Of a stretch of DNA of 64,000 bases, positions 24,407 to 37,223 are shown piece after piece (position 1 is the first letter of the stretch; each line of letters opens with the position of its first letter). The position numbers and the translations under genes are program-made. The notes beneath the pieces were generated by a model, which was given only the letters and a program-made list of their open reading frames with translations, made no database searches and was not told the origin of the DNA. This DNA is from Hypanus sabinus (lineage: Eukaryota): positions 71,734,001 to 71,798,000 of the forward strand of contig NC_082720.1 of NCBI RefSeq assembly GCF_030144855.1, read 5' to 3'.

Positions 24407-25336
24407 CAGTGGATTCTGGTTAATTGGTTTATCAGTTAATCAAGGCAGCTGCTTGTTTAGGACAACTCTTAAAGAGAAAAAACTAATCAACGGGAAAAAA
24501 ATTGGAATTCCCTTTGTTAATTTGGGGCACTATGCTGCTTAATTGCGACAGGATAGAAGGTTGTTTCTAACTAGCATCAGTTGTGTGCAGATCATATGGC
24601 TGTTAGACACTACACCATGATTAGCGCAAACAGTTTTTAAAAAGCAACTGTTGCATGTGTTCAAAAAGCAGTTATTTTTGTCACTGATAGTTGGTGAGAA
24701 ATAAGCAGTAAGACAATTCAGACAAAATGCTGGTAGAACACAGCAGGCTAAACACAGTTACACAGTTAGCCTGCTGTGTTCTACCAGCATTTTGTGTGTG
24801 TTGTTGTTTGAATTTCCAGCATCTGTAGATTTCCTCGTGTTTGCTAAGACAATTCAGAGCTGTTTTGCTCCCACCGATTTCAAACATTCGGGGTTGGGGA
24901 TGCCAGAAACAATCAGGAGTGAAAATGAAATGATTTCACTATTTCAGGTTAGGAACTATGAAAAATTTGAAGTATCGACAGTCATGTTGAATTTTACAAT
25001 GAAAATGAAGACTTTAGGGAAAGTGTTGTATGAAGGCAGATGTCATTATCTGCACTAGATGCTTGTTCATTTATGGTCAATCAAAAGAACACGGCTACAT
25101 ACACTGATGAATTCCTCTGTCGGTAATTATTAGGAATAATTTCACAGTTTTATAGTAGTAGTAGTGTTCTAATTTGTTCTGTATTTTATTTAAATATGTA
25201 ATTTGTAACTCAGATAAGCAAGTTTATCTGTTGTACATTTTAACTATTTCTATGAAACTTTGGCTAATTTGAGCAGCCACTTAATTGGACAAAACTGTAC
25301 AGGTCCCTATGTGCCCCAATTAACCGGAATCTATTG
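24407..25336. mobile_element. Tc1/mariner (Tigger/pogo-like) non-autonomous element
   Basis: TIRs CAGTGGATTCTGGTTAATTGG / CCAATTAACCGGAATCTATTG, followed by TA. Confidence 0.8.
24723..24844. mobile_element. Penelope-derived fold-back mini-element, 14-bp TSD
   Basis: TSD TAAGACAATTCAGA at 24709-24722 and 24845-24858; perfect 29-bp inverted arms at 24723-24751 and 24766-24794. Confidence 0.88.
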
Positions 25337-26840
25337 TACTTCATGAAATCTAAAATTAGTCTTTTAAAGCGTTTATAGTTGGTTTTTAAAGATGTATCAT
25401 CTGTAAATGCACTTGCCTTCCCTTGTCTTTTTTGTGTTTACTGTTTTGAATACGTGCACCAGGTGATATGGCGAAAAGTTTGGTATGTCCTGGGTATTTG
25501 ATCAAAGCTTCAATGTTCAAAGGGACTCAAAGTGATTCAATGATGATTGTGATAGTGAATCAGATAATCAGAGAGATGAGAATATAAAATAAAGATCATT
25601 TCAGGTGATATGTTTCAATATGTAATTTTATTTTGAAGTAGGAGGGAGAATTTGTCTCAGTGCAGAAGCTAAAGGATGAAATCTCAGTGAGGAACTTGCA
25701 TAGAGCTTAGGATTCTGCAAAAAATAATTCTTACTTTCATCTATATTGTAACACTACCTCAAATTTATCTGGTGATGGAAACTTAAATGAAAGTTTCTGA
25801 TTGGCACAGTGTAGCAATATACAAATTGTACTTCAAGCAATGAAGAGTTCTGAAGTTGTTTCTATCATGTTGCAACAATGTTTGGCATAAGGCTTTTCCA
25901 GTATGATGTAAGGACTTGTGATAACTTCATCTACCTTCATTTATGCCAGTAAGCAATACATTGAAGCAATTAAATATTATTTGGCTCAAGAATTGTAATT
26001 TAGAACCCTTGTTTTGGAATGTTTTCTATTAATTCACTATGAGCAGAATTGAGAAATTATTTCTCTACTTTGATATTAGCGCACCAAAACAAAGCACTGA
26101 ACTTTACTTGGTCATCGAGCATTACAGCACAAAACCAGACCCTTCAATCCATCTACTCCATGCTGGACTATTATTCTGCCTGGTCTCAACAACCCTCAAT
26201 TGGTCCATAGCCCTCCTCCCAACACCCCCCCCCCCCCCCCCCAATCCATGTACTTATTGAAACTTATCTTAAAAGTTAAGATCAAACAGCATCCACCACT
26301 TTCTTTGGCTGCTTGTTCCACACACACACCACCCTCTGAGTGATAGCAAAAATACACATTTTAAATTAAAGATGATAATTGCTTCATTGAAGTAACATGA
26401 ATCAAATCAAAGAGAAACAAAATGCTGTTTTTTCCCCTAAGTCCAGTCTTCTTTGGGGCCAAACTGCTACTAATTAGTCTTCATTTACCCTATGATGTTA
26501 TGTGAACCTCTCAATCTGATGCTTCTCTTGTGAACTTTTGCTGCTTTTTTCATGTTAAATGTGTCATTAATATGAGTAAAATATATAATTTCTGTCAAAG
26601 ATGGAAATTGTGTCTCCTTGGGTTTTTTAATTTTATTTAACCAAACTGTTATTAAATCCAAATCTACAGATTGTGGGATTTAAGTTTTTTTTAAAACTGG
26701 AAATGTTAACTTTTATTTTTCTCTCTCTGCAGATGTTGCCCTACCTGATAGGTATTTTCAGCACTTTTCTTGTAGACTTACATCATCTTGAATGCTTGTT
26801 ATTATGAAAATAATTAATATATATTTTGTTTTACCTACAG

Positions 26841-27476
26841 AACGATAAGCTACTAAGTGCGTCAACTGGTATCCCCCCTGCTGATATTCCCGGATTCCGC
26901 AAAATACTTCCTCGTTCTAACTATATTATAATTCCTACCTCTAATATATCTGGTGATGGGAGTGGTCAACAACTACCGCAATCTCCCACACCAAGGGGAG
27001 ATGAAGGAAATGCCACCTGGCAGACTATTACCCATGACTCTATACAGAGTCTTTTTACAGTCAGTAGCTCTCTTACAGACTCTTGCCATGTTGACAATAC
27101 TGAGGAGAGCATTGCAATCGATGGAATTACAGATGAAGCCACTGCGTTTGTTCATACAGAAACAATGCAGGAGATTGTTGCATCGGAGATGCTGTCACAG
27201 TTTCCTAACTCTGGAGATGATAAGGTGACAGGAAAAATTGACACCAATAAGACTTCTTTGGAATTAACTGATCCATATGATTCCCCTTGTGTTGTCATTG
27301 AAGGAACACTGATAAGTACAAGTGACAACATTTCAGATAATGTAACCAGCTGTAGTGACCAGGAGAGAGCAGAGACAAATCCTGTCATAGCAGTATTATC
27401 AAATGCAAGCAAGCCAGCTACAAGCCTTACTACTCATAATGCTGTTGAACAAACTATTGGCATTGCTGCCAAGCAG
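26841..27476 (+). CDS. HMGXB3: HMGXB3 coding exon 3 (DIPGFRKILPRSNYIIIP + acidic S/T-rich region)
   Basis: ctacag|AAC..AAG CAG|gtagga; 212 codons, phase 0-0. Confidence 0.93.
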
Positions 27477-27754
27477 GTAGGAAACTAAGTGTACTCTTCA
27501 TTTTTTTTCCCCTCACACATCATCTGACAATAATTCAGTTTTATAAATGTGTCTTTTAGGTTGAAGGTGAATCATGCGTATGGAAGTCCATCATAATTTG
27601 TTCCACAATCACCAATGGCAATAAAATTTTCACTAATTTTAAATTATTATTCCTAAGGGGTTATGTCTGTAAATTTGTGTATTTAGCTATGTCTTAAATT
27701 CAGATAATCCATATTTTCTGATTTATTAAAAAAAAGAAATTAACTACTTTCTTC

Positions 27755-28050
27755 TTCAGCCATTTACCTTTTCCACCTATCACCTCCCATCTTCTCACTT
27801 CATTCCTTTCTTCATTCATCCACCTGGCTTCACCTACCACGTTCTAGATTGTACTTCTTCCCTCCCCCCACCTTATTTCACCTTATTCTGGCTTTTTCCT
27901 CCTTCCTTTCCAGTCCTGATAAAGGCTGTTTATTCAAAATATTGGCTGTTCTTTCCTCTCCCTGGATGCTACCTGACCTGTTGAGTTTCTCCAGCATTTA
28001 TATGTGTTATTCTGGATTTCCAGCATTTGCAGAATCTCTTGTGTTTGTAA
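27755..28050 (+). mobile_element. Decayed Penelope terminal fragment
   Basis: Pyrimidine-rich tract, cagtcctgataaagg.., gatgctacctgacctgttgagtttctccagcatt, as in the other Penelope ends. Confidence 0.65.
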
Positions 28051-29715
28051 TTAACCACTTTACACTTGTAGGTATTGGTGATGAGTTGGTGGATCAGATC
28101 TTTGAGAGTTCAAGCCTTTGCATAATCTTGTTTTCAATTTAGAAAATAAACTGAGACCATGTGGGTGGGATTCCATGATGCAAAATTCTGTGTCAAACAC
28201 ATTACTGTTTGCAGGGTCATGCACCAACCATTTTCTGCTTGGCATTTTCCAACTGCAGAACAATAATGCACTTCAAAGTAAAAACTGAATATGTTCAACA
28301 GATCCGCCCCAATCTGTGGAGAAAGATAGAGTTCATGTTTCAGGTTGATAACTTTTCATCATAATGCAAGTGAGAGTATGGAAGAGCTTCTTGTTTTTAA
28401 ATTGCAGAGATGGTAGGAGGTGGAGAGATTAGAGGGAACATCTGTGAAATGGTGAAGATAAGGTTGTCAAGATGATACAGTTGCTATTTGTCCTGTTTAA
28501 GGGAAGGAACAATGCTAGTTAATCATAGGAGATCTGTCTGGCGGATGTTGAATAGAAGAAGACAACTGAAGGCAGCTGCTAGCAAATAGAAAACATGCTG
28601 GGACAGTGAGATATGGCCCACTGCAGTTACTGGAGGTCTGAAGTATCAGAGAATGCGGCATTTAGTTCTGACAGGCAGGAGAAAAATAAGTGTTGCATGT
28701 GGCTGATCTTGAATCAGAATTGGCCAGTGATGATGTGATCAGGAAAGGCTAATTTGTCTGAAGCTGAGTTCTGAGGGCTGCAGAGTGCCTGCACCAAAAT
28801 GAGATTCTAATCCTTGAGTTTGTGTTGGCCTTCACTGGAGGCCAAAGAATGGGAGATCAGAATGAAGTCGGCCCACTGTTTTGTCTCTTGCTGTGATTTG
28901 CCATCCCACTCTCTGGATCCCTCTGCCTTTGCCCTCCTACACTGTTACAACAAAGCCCAAACTAAACTTGAGGGACAACACGTGTTCCTTTTGGAGACAA
29001 ACTGCAACCCTCTGAACATGCCAGCTGTTGTACAAGGTAATTTCTCTGTAACTCCTACATTGTTTTACTCCCTGCACAGATATGAACTGATCTGTTGACT
29101 TATTTAATTCTTATTTCTAGCAACTGATCTTTTTCCCCATTCATTCATCTTCATTTATTTGCACTCCACCAGAGTATTATGAATAACAAAATAGTCATTT
29201 CCACCATTAGATGGCACCAAAATGAATCATGTCATCCAGACAACCTTGGCCCTAACTCTGTCACAGACATTCATTTCTACAACTGAAAAGACTTGTTTCT
29301 CACTCTTCCATCACTGACAATCTTAACAGCATACCCTAAAATGTATTTTATTGCAGAGGTCCACAGACACCTTGCTTACTGGCATAAAAAAGGTTGGGAA
29401 CCTTTTTAATGGCTCTTAACTACTTTGGGATCCTCTTAAGATATCAAAAGATGTTGGGTAAATACAAGTTTGTTCACCTGTGATAAAGATCGTGCCTCAT
29501 ATTACATTGATTCCTAAAATTGGAAATGACCAAAGGAATTGTCCCGTCATTTTCAAGGTGTCCGGTCCTGATTCTGTTCATTATTGGTGATTCAACGTGT
29601 GAATCTTTTTCTTCAGTAACAATCTCAATAAAGGTGTTTAGTGAGTATACATAAAACTGAGTGTTGGTGTTATAGCTTGGGCTTGGAAAATGGCTGACAC
29701 TGTTACCTGTGAATT

Positions 29716-31478
29716 AGAAACACAGAAAACCTACAGCACCATACAGGCCCTTCGGCCCACAAAGCTGTGCTAACCATGTTCCTACCTTAGAGATTACCAG
29801 CGTTACCCATAGCCCTCTATATTTCTAAACTCCATGTACCTATCCAAAAGTCTCTTAAACAACCCTATCGTATCTGCCTGCACCTTTGCTGGCAGCCCAT
29901 TCCACGCACTCACCACTCTCTGCGTTTTTAAAAAAAAAACAACTTACCGTTGACATTTTCTCTGTACCTACTCCCAAACAACCTAAACCTGTGTCCTCTT
30001 GTGGCAGGCATTTCAGCGCTGGGAAAAAGCCTCTGACTATCCACACGACCAATGCCTCTCATCATCTTATACACCTCTATCAGGTCACCTCTCATCCTCT
30101 TTCGCTCCAAAGAGAAAAGGCTGAGTTCACTCAACCTGTTTTCATAAGGCATGTTCCCCAATCCAGGCAACATCCTTGTAAATTTCCTCTACACCCTTTG
30201 TATGGTTTCCACATCCTTCCTGTAGTGAGGCAACCAGAACTGAGCACAGTACTCCAAGTGGGGTCTGACCAGGGTCCTATATAGCTGCAACATTACCTCT
30301 TGGGTCCCAAATTCAATTCCACGATTGATGAAGGCCAATACACCATAGGCCTTCTTAACCACAGAGTCAACCTGTGAGTATCCTGTGGACTCGGACCTGA
30401 AGATCCCTCTGACCCTCCACACTGCCAAGAGTCTTGCCATTAATACTATATGCTGCCATCATATTTGACCTACCAAAATGAACCACTTCACACTTATCTG
30501 GGTTGAACTCCATCTGCCACTTCTCAGCCCAATTTTGCATCCTATCAATGTTCCGTTGTAACCTCTGACAGCCCTCCAAACTATCCATAACCCCCAACTT
30601 TTGTATCATTAGCAAACTTACTAACCCATCCCTCCACTTCCTCATCCAGGTCATTTATAAAAATCAGCTCCCTGAGGCACATCACTGATTACTGACCTCC
30701 ATGCAGAATATGACCTGTCTACAACCACTCTTTACCTCTTGTGGGCAAGCCAGTTCTGGATCCACAAAGCAATGTCCCCTTGGATCCCATGCCTCCCTAC
30801 TTTCTCAATAAGTCTTGCATGGGGTACCTTATCAAATGCCTTGCTGAAATCCATATACACTACATCTACTTCTCTTCCTTCATCAATGTGTTTTTCCTCC
30901 TCAAAAAATTCAATCAGGCTCATAAGACACGACCTGTCCTTGACAAATCCATGCTAATCATATTGCTATATACTTCTCCAAATGTTCATAAACCCTGCCT
31001 CTCAGGATCTTCTCCATCAACTTAACAACCACTGAAGTGAGACTCACTGGTCTATAATTTCCTGGGCTATCACTATTCCCTTTCTTGAATAAGGGAACAA
31101 CATCCGCAACCCTCCAATCCTCCGGAACCTCTCCCGTCCCCATTGATGATGCAAAGATCATTGCCAGAGGCTCAGCAATCTCCTCCCTCACCTCCCACAG
31201 TATCCTGGGGTACATCTCATCTGGTCCCAGCGACTTATCCAACTTGATGATTTCCAAAAGCTCTAGCGCATCCTCTTTCTTAATATTTACTTGCTCAAGC
31301 TTTTCAGTCTGCTGCAAGTCATCACTACAATCACCAAGATCCTTTTCCATAGTGAATACTGAAGTAAGGTATTCATTAAGTACCTCTGCTATTTCCTCCA
31401 GTTCTATACACGCGTTCCCACTGTCACACTTGTTAGGTCCTGTTCTTTCACGTTTTATCCTCTTGCACTTCACATACT
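29716..31478 (-). mobile_element. CR1-like LINE, RT to 3' end, degenerate
   Basis: KSLGPDEMYPRIL, PGNYRPVSLTSVV, VYMDFSKAFDKVPH, LVRPHLEYCAQFW, RMRGDLIEVYK. Confidence 0.92.
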
Positions 31479-31638
31479 TTGGATCAGAAAGCAAGAGGAA
31501 ATTTGAAGGATTGAGGCAAGTTTAGGAAGACCTTTTATTGAAGTGTGACACTAAATTTAAGATAGAAATTAAGTTTTCTAACCTCACTGATCCCTATTTG
31601 TACACTATGAAGTAATGGCATGAATGCATCTTCTTTAG

Positions 31639-31728
31639 GATTCAACAGAAAGTGTGGCACCATCAGCTACCCAGTTCTTAATGTTGCCATTGACAAGTAA
31701 GCAGTCAGCAGTTGTTCCAGCTAAAAAG
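31639..31728 (+). CDS. HMGXB3: HMGXB3 coding exon 4 (DSTESVAPSATQFLMLPLTSKQSAVVPAKK)
   Basis: ctttag|GAT..AAG|gtagga, phase 0-0; ATQF.MLPL is conserved with mammalian HMGXB3. Not in the ORF track. Confidence 0.88.
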
Positions 31729-33443
31729 GTAGGATGGAACTTACAATACTATAGCTTGATCAGTATATTGTTTTTTAATCATTAATGTGATGAAGTTACT
31801 CCTAGCAAAATTGCAATTTAATCCTTATTTCTCATGATCTTGAAGATGCTGTGGATCTATTGAACAGCAAACTGAACATGTATTTTTACAAGGGGCTTGA
31901 ATAAAGTCCAGTGGCTTTGTTTTATTGTTATGCCCGCTGTGTTCTTAGGTTGGAAATTCCCGTATTTAGCACAATGATGAAGGAATGCCTATTTGTTTTG
32001 CAGCTTGGGGCTGAATGTATCATGGGTCTGTTACTCTTTTGCTTGAAGGTACTGAAGGGATAGCACCTTAAACCTGTGCTCCTAAATCTCTGTCCTACAA
32101 CATTTTCCAGGGGCCTGTTATTCACTATGTAAGTCCTGCCCTAAATGTATCACTTTGCAACTTGAGTCATAAAATCACACAGCACAGAAACAGGCTGTCC
32201 CGCCCATGCTGACTTAAGCTCTATCTGGCATTCCTTTGCCTAGTTTTCCTAGTTAATCTAGATTCTGTTGAAATCTTAGATAATCTTCACCACTCAACAC
32301 AAAATCAATTTTTTGTATCATCTGCAAACTTGCTGACAAACAACATGGGAGTCAGCACTGTAGCACACCATTGGTCACAGGCCTCTAGTCTTAAAAAAAA
32401 CACTACTCTCCCTCTAGCTTCTTCCATGATATCAATTTTGTATACCCTGGATCACATGATCTCCTTTCGACCAGACCAGGGGTCAGCAACCTTTACCACT
32501 GAAAGAGCCACTTGGACCCGTTTCCCACAGAAAAGAAAACACTGGGAGCCGCAAAACCCGTTTGACATTTAAAATGAAATAACACTGCATACAACGTTTT
32601 GTTTTGCCTTTATGCTATGTATAAACAAACTATAATGTGTTGCATTTATGAAATTGATGAACTCCTGCAGAGAAAACGAAATTACATTTCTGCATGCAAC
32701 AAAAACATTTTGACCTCCGAAAAAAAGACGTTGGGTTGAAGGTTACTTTTAAGTAAAATACTCAACGTCTATTTGAGTCCTTCTTGTATTTATGAAAAAT
32801 GCCGAACTTAAATTTGCCGCCAGCAGCAAACCAAAAATAACGTCAGCCAGCTGTCAACCTGAAAAATAAAAGGACTATTTCACTGAACAATGAAAACATA
32901 TGAATATATGCAAAATAATAGGCAATTAAAATATTTATCATCCTTGTTCAGATTGACTCACACCTGCCAATGCAGTCGTATTCAGTAGGGATGGATCGAT
33001 GCTTAGGGGAGTGACCGGGAAGGATAATGTGTTTTTTTCCTCTCTGAACTCACAGAAGCGTTTCCCAAACGATGTTTGCATTGCGATGATTGCAGAATGT
33101 AAATACTCCGAATTTATCAAGTCGTGACCTTGTTTGAACTCTCTCAAATTGGGGAAGTGAGACAATGTGCCTTTCTGTAAATCTCTGGCAAGCAACGTCA
33201 ACTTGCGCTCGAATGCCAAAACATCCTCCAACATGTGCAGGGCTGTACGTCCTTACCCTGTTGAAGAGCTGTGTTCAGCGTGTTCAGGTGCGCTGTCATG
33301 AAGTGTAGCTTTTCCAGCCACTCTGGCTGTTCCAGCTCAGGAAAGGTGAGCCCTTTGCTGCCCAGGAAAGTTTTCACTTCTTCCAGACACGCGACAAAGC
33401 GTTTCAGCACCTCCCCTCTGGACAGCCAGCGATAAAAACACGT

Positions 33444-33658
33444 TGTAGCGGTGTGCTACACGCAGTCAGTAAACTGCAGTCAAAGATAGCTTTATTCGAA
33501 CTAAACAGCCTTGCTTTTAAGCCTCCCTCAACCCGCCCCCCATGGGCGCGGATGCTGCAAAAGACACGTACTCACAAACCCCCGTAGGCTATCTCCCTTA
33601 GCCTGAACGCTGGCTAATTGTGAGCTGGTTCAGATGTGTCAGGAAATGGGTCGCCACA
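33444..33658 (-). repeat. Solo LTR A (215 bp), 4-bp TSD ACGT
   Basis: TGTAGCGG...TCGCCACA; ACGT at 33440-3 and 33659-62; AATAAA on the minus strand. Confidence 0.85.
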
Positions 33659-33763
33659 ACGTCTTATTTAGATTGTACAAGATCACCATAATCTTCAAAT
33701 TTAGATTTACATTTCAAAAACTAACAAACTAACATAAAATACATTTTAATTAAATACTGACCA

Positions 33764-33976
33764 TGTAGCGGTGTGCTACACGCAGCGCTAAAATTACGAC
33801 ACGGAGTCGGTAACTGCAGTCGAAGGACAAACTTTATTCGAAATCTTCAGCCTCACTTTTAAGCCTCACTCAACCTGCCCCCATGGCACAGAGGCTCCAA
33901 AGCTCTGTGCTCGCAAACCCCCGTAGGCTATCTAATTGTGAGTCGGTTCGGATGTGCCAGGAAAAGGGTCGCCACA
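33764..33976 (-). repeat. Solo LTR B (213 bp), same family, 4-bp TSD ACCA
   Basis: Same termini as LTR A; ACCA at 33760-3 and 33977-80. Confidence 0.85.
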
Positions 33977-34423
33977 ACCAATTATTTCTCAAAGCAACAG
34001 GGAGCCGCAGCACAGACGTAAAAGAGCCACATGTGGCTCCGGAGCCGCGGGTTGCCGACCCCCGGACCAGACAAACCTACTGTATGAGAATATGCCAGTC
34101 TATGAGATAATATTGTCATGGAATACAGTTCACCTGCTGATGGTGGGTCAGAACATATCATGAATGCTCAGACTTCAACACTGATCTAATCTGAATCAAT
34201 TTTCCTTGATGCTAGTGCAACAGAACATGTTGGGTGTGTTGTCAGTGTGTAAATGGAATTTTGTAAGAACTGCTGTGGTCACTTTTACCAGTAACATTGA
34301 GAACAGATTGTTTGCTGTGGATGAAAATATAATTTAAGATCATAAAATAGTTTTGCTCTTGCATTAGTTCCTGCAGATGAACAATATTCCCAATGTTTTG
34401 TTTTACTGTGAATCTATGATATA

Positions 34424-34959
34424 CACCCTGTGGGCATTTTATTAGATACACCTACTCATTAATGCTAATATTTAATCAGCCAATTGTATAGCAGCAATTC
34501 AACGCCTAATAGTATGCCGATATGGTAAGAAGTTCAGTTATTGTTCAGACCAAACATCAGAATAGGGTCGGAATATGATTGAAGTGTCTTTGAGCATGGA
34601 ATGAGCATGGGGTGATTTGAGTATCTTGGAAACTGCTAGTCCCTTGAGCTTAGCATGCACAACAGTCTCCAGAGTACAGAAGATGGTGCAGTGAGCATCC
34701 AGTGATGGCAGGTCTGTGGGTAATAATGCCTTGTTAATGAGGGATGTCAGAGAACGGCTGGACTGGTTCAAGCTGACAGGAAGGTGACTGTAACTCAGAT
34801 AACCACGCGCTACAACAGTGGTGTGCAGAAGAACACCTCCGAATGCACAACACGTCAAACCTTGAAGTAGATGAGCTACAGTAGCAGAAGACCATGAACA
34901 TCAGCTCAGTGGCCACTTTATTAGGTACAGGAGATACCTAATAAAGTGGCCACTGAGTG
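34424..34959 (+). mobile_element. Tc1-like deletion derivative ending in a TIR-TIR hairpin
   Basis: TA-flanked, with a degenerate left TIR and a decayed transposase N-terminus (LSI.ETA..L....TTVSRV). Perfect 23-bp arms at 34905-34927 and 34935-34957. Confidence 0.75.
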
Positions 34960-36780
34960 TATTAATAATTGGTGATTATATTACCTAGAAGTTTATAAAT
35001 AACTTTATTTGTGGTAATTTATCTACTGGATCAAACATCACCTTGTAATATATTAAAAAGTGATAATGATTTCCCTTTTGAGCAAGCTGTCCATACTCGG
35101 AGTCAAATACAAATGAAAACCTCAATAACAAGATATTTCCTGTAGTAAGTTACAATTAACCAAGTAGGTTATGCAGGGCGGGTGGGGGGGGGGGGGAGGG
35201 GCTGGTCAATTTTTCTATGCTCTGATTTGTTAACCACATTCCAGCTAGCTCATGCCAGTCTTTCAGCATGGCCAAATATTCCAGTCCTTGCATGCACTGC
35301 TTTTAGAAAGAATTGAAGTTATTTTCCCCACCTTCCTCCGTACTCATGATTTCTACACTCTAACTTGACACGTTAAATCAAAGAAGGAAAGTGAAATTCG
35401 GCACAGTTTAAATTCTACTATGAATTGTATAATATAAACATATTTAAAATTCTTTGTCTGAACCTCTATTAAACCAGGAGAATTAACTGGAATAACTAAA
35501 ACTTTTGGCTTCAGGAGCTGAAATGCTTTGGGAAATTTTAGAAGTATTTGAGGAAAAGCATATGGGTTCTTTTACTTATCTGTAGCTATTAACAAAATCA
35601 TTTGGATTGGAGAGATAGTCTAAATCTTGGTTCTGAGCCTTTTGGGATATAAGTTGAAACACATTTCTTCACACAAGGAATGGTTGAAGTTTGGAGCTCG
35701 TCTGGAATCCCAATTGAGACTTGTCTTTTTTTTAATTTTAATGCTGCAAACTTTCTTGTGTTATCAAACGTGTTAGGGATGTAGCATAGAGCCAGGCATA
35801 TGGAACTCAGACACAGAGTCTTGATCTCATTGAATGCTGAAGTGTTCTTGTAGCATAATCACCTGTTTCTGTTATAGATACTTATTACTTCATTCATGGG
35901 TTCAATGTTAATTCAGAAATTGGATGGCAGAGGGGAATAAGCTGTTCCTAAATTATTGAGTATGTGTGCCTTCAGGCTTCTGTACCTCCTTCCTGACGGT
36001 AACAATGAGAAGAGGACATGTCCTGGATGGTGGGGTCCTTAATGATAGACACCCCAATGAGCATTGCTGCTTCTCTGTTCAAAAAACCCAGTTTAGAGTT
36101 TGCACATTCTCTCTGTGGCTGCTAAGATTTTCCTTATGGTTAGTTTTCTTCCTGCATCCCAAAGACATGTTGGTCAGATAATTAGTTATTGTGATGCAGA
36201 GATGCATCCTAGGATGTGCTGGGGCACCTCATCAGTGATGTAACCTGGGTTCATCAGGTGTTGTGAGACATTCAGTATTTGACACCCTCACCCTGGCGAC
36301 TCAGCCAGGGTTGATCAGGTCCCAGCTTGTATCCCAGCAACAGTGGTCCGCAGGTCACACCTCTTGATCCATAGCCATCTGGAGCCTCACTCAGAAGCCT
36401 ATGTGACAGTCCTGATGGTTCTTTATTTTGTAGCTCCTGTGGTGCCAAGAAGAGAATAGGTTCTGCAGAGTGAGCAGCTAGCAAAACCGCTACACCCCGC
36501 CTCTATAGACTCGCATCATGCCCTCCATCCCCGTCTTTGCCACTGCACCACCAGTTCCTGGTATTTGGCTTTCTTGCACTTGAATGTCTCCTCAATCTGG
36601 AATACTTTTCCTCATATACTTTTGCAATTTCTCAAGCATTTCAGCTCCTGGCCAAAAGTAGTAGTTACTCCAGTTGTTAACTTTCTTTGATTTTAATATT
36701 GGGTCAAAGAATTTAAATTATGTTTATATTATGCAGTGCCTTGAAGGCACTGTCAGTTCTGACGGAATGACCATGTCAGT

Positions 36781-36820
36781 CCTCAGTGATGATAATGCGA
36801 CCTCAGTGATGATAATGCGA
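36781..36820. repeat. Perfect 20-bp tandem duplication
   Basis: cctcagtgatgataatgcga x2. Confidence 0.95.
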
Positions 36821-37051
36821 TGAAGTCAGGGAATTTTAATTGCTGCCAAGATAGACTTTAAATTGCTAGTCAGACGCCTGTAAATTGACAGTCATGGTGG
36901 AATTAATGGACATGTGAGAGGGAAGTCTACAGGGAGATAAGTGAAGGAATGTAATGGATGGATGTGCTTTGAGAGCCAGCATAGATTTGATAAATCACAA
37001 GGTCTCTTTCCATGTCATGAGGAAAAATGTGTAAATAAGCTTTTACACAGA

Positions 37052-37223
37052 ACAACACACACAAAATGCTGGTAGAACACAGCAGGCCAGGCAGCATTGA
37101 TAGAGAGAAGCGCTATCGACGTTTTGGACCGAGACAGGCTAACACAGTTAGCCTGCTGTGTTTTACCAGCATTTTGTGTGTGTTGTTGTTTGAATTTCCA
37201 GCATCTGCAGATTTCCTCATGTT
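37052..37223. mobile_element. Penelope-derived fold-back mini-element, 14-bp TSD
   Basis: TSD AGCTTTTACACAGA at 37038-37051 and 37224-37237; inverted arms homologous to 24723-24844. Confidence 0.88.

Larger units (their letters stand above)
32477..34064 (-). mobile_element. Non-autonomous hAT (Charlie/GTF2IRD2-like) transposon with transposase remnant; 8-bp TSD
   Basis: TIRs CAGGGGTCAGCAACC / GGTTGCCGACCCCCG; perfect TSD GACCAGAC at 32469-32476 and 34065-34072; minus-strand RWLSRGEVLKRF..WLEKLHF..HLNTLNTALQ. Confidence 0.93.

Noticed and set aside
31697-31702. Strong-looking donor gtaagc inside exon 4
   Set aside because: It gives phase 1, which is incompatible with the phase-0 acceptors of exon 5; the donor at 31729 fits.
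33444-33976. The two LTR-like repeats as the ends of one TRIM/mini LTR retrotransposon
   Set aside because: Each repeat has its own distinct 4-bp TSD, the outer flanks (ACGT vs ACCA) differ, and the spacer lacks a PBS/PPT.
35179-35202. Poly-G/poly-C runs (also 22502, 26225, 55330, 63589) as G-quadruplex elements
   Set aside because: Simple homopolymers, prone to sequencing error, with no other support.
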